This document shows, piece after piece, positions 62,122 to 64,000 of a stretch of DNA of 64,000 nucleotides. The stretch spans positions 32,731-96,730 of the forward strand of contig CAVOWE010000018.1 of NCBI GenBank assembly GCA_963700035.1. Direction: 5' to 3'. The notes below the pieces were generated by a model. The model saw nothing but the letters and a program-made list of their open reading frames with translations. It did no database searches and was not told the origin of the DNA. Position 1 is the first letter of the stretch. The number at the start of each line of letters is the position of its first letter. The translations under genes were made by a program, and so were the position numbers. The DNA is from an uncultured Thermoleophilia bacterium (GTDB lineage Bacteria > Actinomycetota > Thermoleophilia > UBA2241).

Positions 62122-63195
62122 ATGGCACGCATAGAGGTCGACTGCGAACGCATCCGCCGCAACGCCGCGGCCGTCGTCGCCATGTGTGCCGCCAGAGGCA
62201 TCGAGGTCGCCGGCGTGACCAAGGGCTGCTGCGGCGAGCCGCAGGTCGCGCGCGCCATCCTGGCCGGCGGCGTTGCCCAGCTTGCCGAGTCGCGTCTGCC
62301 CAACGTGCGGCGTCTGCGCGACGCCGGGATCGACGCGGACGTGCTGCTGGTGCGCTTGCCGGCGCTCAGCGAGGCGGACGAGGTCGTGGCGCTGACGCAG
62401 TACAGCTTGAACTCAGAGGTCGACGTGGTGCGCGCCCTCTCCTGCGCCGCGCAGGCACAGGGCAGACGGCACGGCGTCATCCTCATGGTCGAGACCGGCG
62501 ATCGCCGCGAAGGTGTCATGCCCGAGGACGCGGTCGCCGCGGCGGCCGAGATCGCCGCCTTGCCGGGCATCGAACTGTCCGGCGTGGGCACCAACCTCAG
62601 CTGCATCGGCGGCGTGATCTGCACGGTCGAGAACCAGAACCTTGTGGTCGACACCGCAGAGCAGATCGAGCGGGCGTTGGGCATCAGGCTGCGCTGGATC
62701 TCCGGCGGGCACACCGGCAGCCTGCCGTGGGTCAACGAGGGCACTCTGCCCGCGCGCATCAACCACCTGCGCATCGGCGAGGGCATCCTCAACGGCACTG
62801 AACAGTGCACATGGTATGAGCTGCCGGTGCCGCACCGGGACGCCTTCCGGGTCTATGCCGAGGTGATCGAACTCAAGACCAAGCCGTCGCTGCCTGAGGG
62901 CCCGATCGGCCCCGATGCGTTCATGAACATCCCCCAGTGGGAGGACCAGGGGCTCCGTCGCCGCGCCATCCTGGCGCTGGGGGAGCACGATCTGCGCACC
63001 AACTGCCTGCTGCCGACACGTCCCGGCGTGTCGATCGTGGGCGCCAGCTCCGATCACCTCGTCGTGGACGTCACCGAGGCCGACCCGCCCGTGCGCCTCG
63101 GGGAGGAGCTCGAGTTCAACGTGCTCTATGCGGCCATGGCCACAGCTTGGGCAAGCAGCTGCATCGCCAACGTCGTTCGGCCCATTGCCGGGTAG
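62122..63195 (+). CDS. Alanine-racemase-fold PLP enzyme (YhfX / ornithine-racemase-like)
   Basis: 357-aa ORF with the PLP lysine context AGVTKGCCG and METGDRREG, plus a C-terminal beta domain. The stop codon is TAG. Confidence 0.75.
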   Translation: MARIEVDCERIRRNAAAVVAMCAARGIEVAGVTKGCCGEPQVARAILAGGVAQLAESRLPNVRRLRDAGIDADVLLVRLPALSEADEVVALTQYSLNSEVDVVRALSCAAQAQGRRHGVILMVETGDRREGVMPEDAVAAAAEIAALPGIELSGVGTNLSCIGGVICTVENQNLVVDTAEQIERALGIRLRWISGGHTGSLPWVNEGTLPARINHLRIGEGILNGTEQCTWYELPVPHRDAFRVYAEVIELKTKPSLPEGPIGPDAFMNIPQWEDQGLRRRAILALGEHDLRTNCLLPTRPGVSIVGASSDHLVVDVTEADPPVRLGEELEFNVLYAAMATAWASSCIANVVRPIAG

Positions 63196-63439
63196 TACGC
63201 CGCGGAGCTCTGCTCAGAGTGTGCGGCGAGCGGTGACTCGACGCCGTCGCCCACGAAGCAGGCAGGCAGATCCGAAGACGGCGACCGTCTCGGCCCGCGC
63301 ACGCCTGTGGTCTGCCCGCAGCGCGGCGTGGACTACTCCGACCTTCTCGCCTTCTACCTGACGCCCGGCCTCGAGCCCTGACGACGCGTCAAGACCCGGG
63401 GGGCAGGCTCGAGCCTGCCCCCCGGAAGCACCTGCGGAC

Positions 63440-64000
63440 TCAGACGACCCATTGCGCCCTCACGCGCGCGAACCGGTAGCGCGTGGAGCTGTAGCCCATC
63501 TTCCAGAAGGTGCGGTAGTAGTCGGTGGTGTGCGCGTCGACGACCTTCTGTCCGGCGCTGTTGCTGCCGGCCACCACGGCGACGTGGTCCCAGAAGCCGT
63601 CGCCGCTCCAGTCGTAGTACACGAAGTCGCCTTTGCCGAGCGAGCTGATCGAGCCGACCCAGTCGGTGCGGCTGCCGTTCCAGTAGCTGATCTGCTTCGT
63701 CACGTTGATCCAGCTCAGGCTGTAGCGGTCGTCGGAGGTGGACGAGGTGCCGTTCTTGTCGTACCACCAGCCGTTGCTGTAGTCGCCGGAGGTGAGCGGC
63801 ATGCCGCCGGCGCGGCCGCCCTGCGAGGCGAAGTTGGCGCAATCGGCGCCGAAGCGGACATAGCCGGGGTTGTACGAGAGCGCATACCGGTCGGCGTAGC
63901 CGGCGGCGGCCTCGCGGTCGTAGGTGAGGATGTCCCTGTAGCGACGGATGCCCGAGGTGCGCGCCACGCGCTTGCGCTCGCTGCCTGACACCGCGGCGGG
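63440..64000 (-). CDS. Putative amidase-domain protein (Amidase_6-like), probably 5'-truncated by the window end
   Basis: YDREAAAGYADRYALSYNPGYVRFGADCANFASQ...GWWYDKNG...WDHVAVV. The reading frame is still open at 64000. Confidence 0.6.
   Translation of the reverse strand, partial: PAAVSGSERKRVARTSGIRRYRDILTYDREAAAGYADRYALSYNPGYVRFGADCANFASQGGRAGGMPLTSGDYSNGWWYDKNGTSSTSDDRYSLSWINVTKQISYWNGSRTDWVGSISSLGKGDFVYYDWSGDGFWDHVAVVAGSNSAGQKVVDAHTTDYYRTFWKMGYSSTRYRFARVRAQWVV

Overview
The window is very GC-rich, gene-dense chromosomal DNA that looks actinobacterial. This is an inference from a fused PafBC-type WYL regulator, dodecin, a CRP-type site in front of cydAB, and GTGA/ATGA-coupled operons. 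I saw no rRNA, tRNA, CRISPR array or prophage. The only structured RNA gene I can support is a tmRNA (ssrA) at 15624..15983.

The main result is a corrinoid-dependent methylamine methyltransferase island at about 1..12.3 kb:
- A dimethylamine methyltransferase (MtbB) homologue has a reading frame interrupted by a single in-frame TAG (6404..6406). The TAG sits exactly where archaeal MtbB carries pyrrolysine.
- An uninterrupted MtmB-family paralogue appears to have a sense codon at the Pyl position.
- An uninterrupted MttB-family paralogue is also present.
- The island also holds two B12-binding corrinoid proteins, a DeoR regulator, a choline/ethanolamine-kinase-like protein, a metallophosphoesterase and two APC permeases.

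Three further non-Pyl MttB paralogues lie at 49.2, 58.3 and 59.8 kb. The last two are tandem and sit beside a racemase fragment, a transposase remnant and a full-length alanine-racemase-fold gene.

Other content:
- cydAB
- an envelope-stress-like block (HisKA_3 kinase/LuxR regulator, sensor-domain protein, bactofilin-like protein, MacB-type ABC pair)
- a P-type ATPase and a radical SAM protein
- a TetR / MFS / two-NBD / ABC-2 efflux block
- PPK2, a cupredoxin and an aldo-keto reductase
- a UvrD-type helicase, a GAF-GGDEF protein and a TMEM175-like channel
- a GAF-PP2C phosphatase
- a translationally coupled PafBC / small membrane protein / LarA-like operon

Caveat: about 30 reading-frame lesions are visible. 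They are mostly apparent +1 single-base shifts and they cluster in particular genes, while stretches of 10-12 kb are clean. I cannot tell from the sequence alone whether these are sequencing or assembly indels or real gene decay. All product calls come from motif recognition and remembered family sequences, not from database searches.
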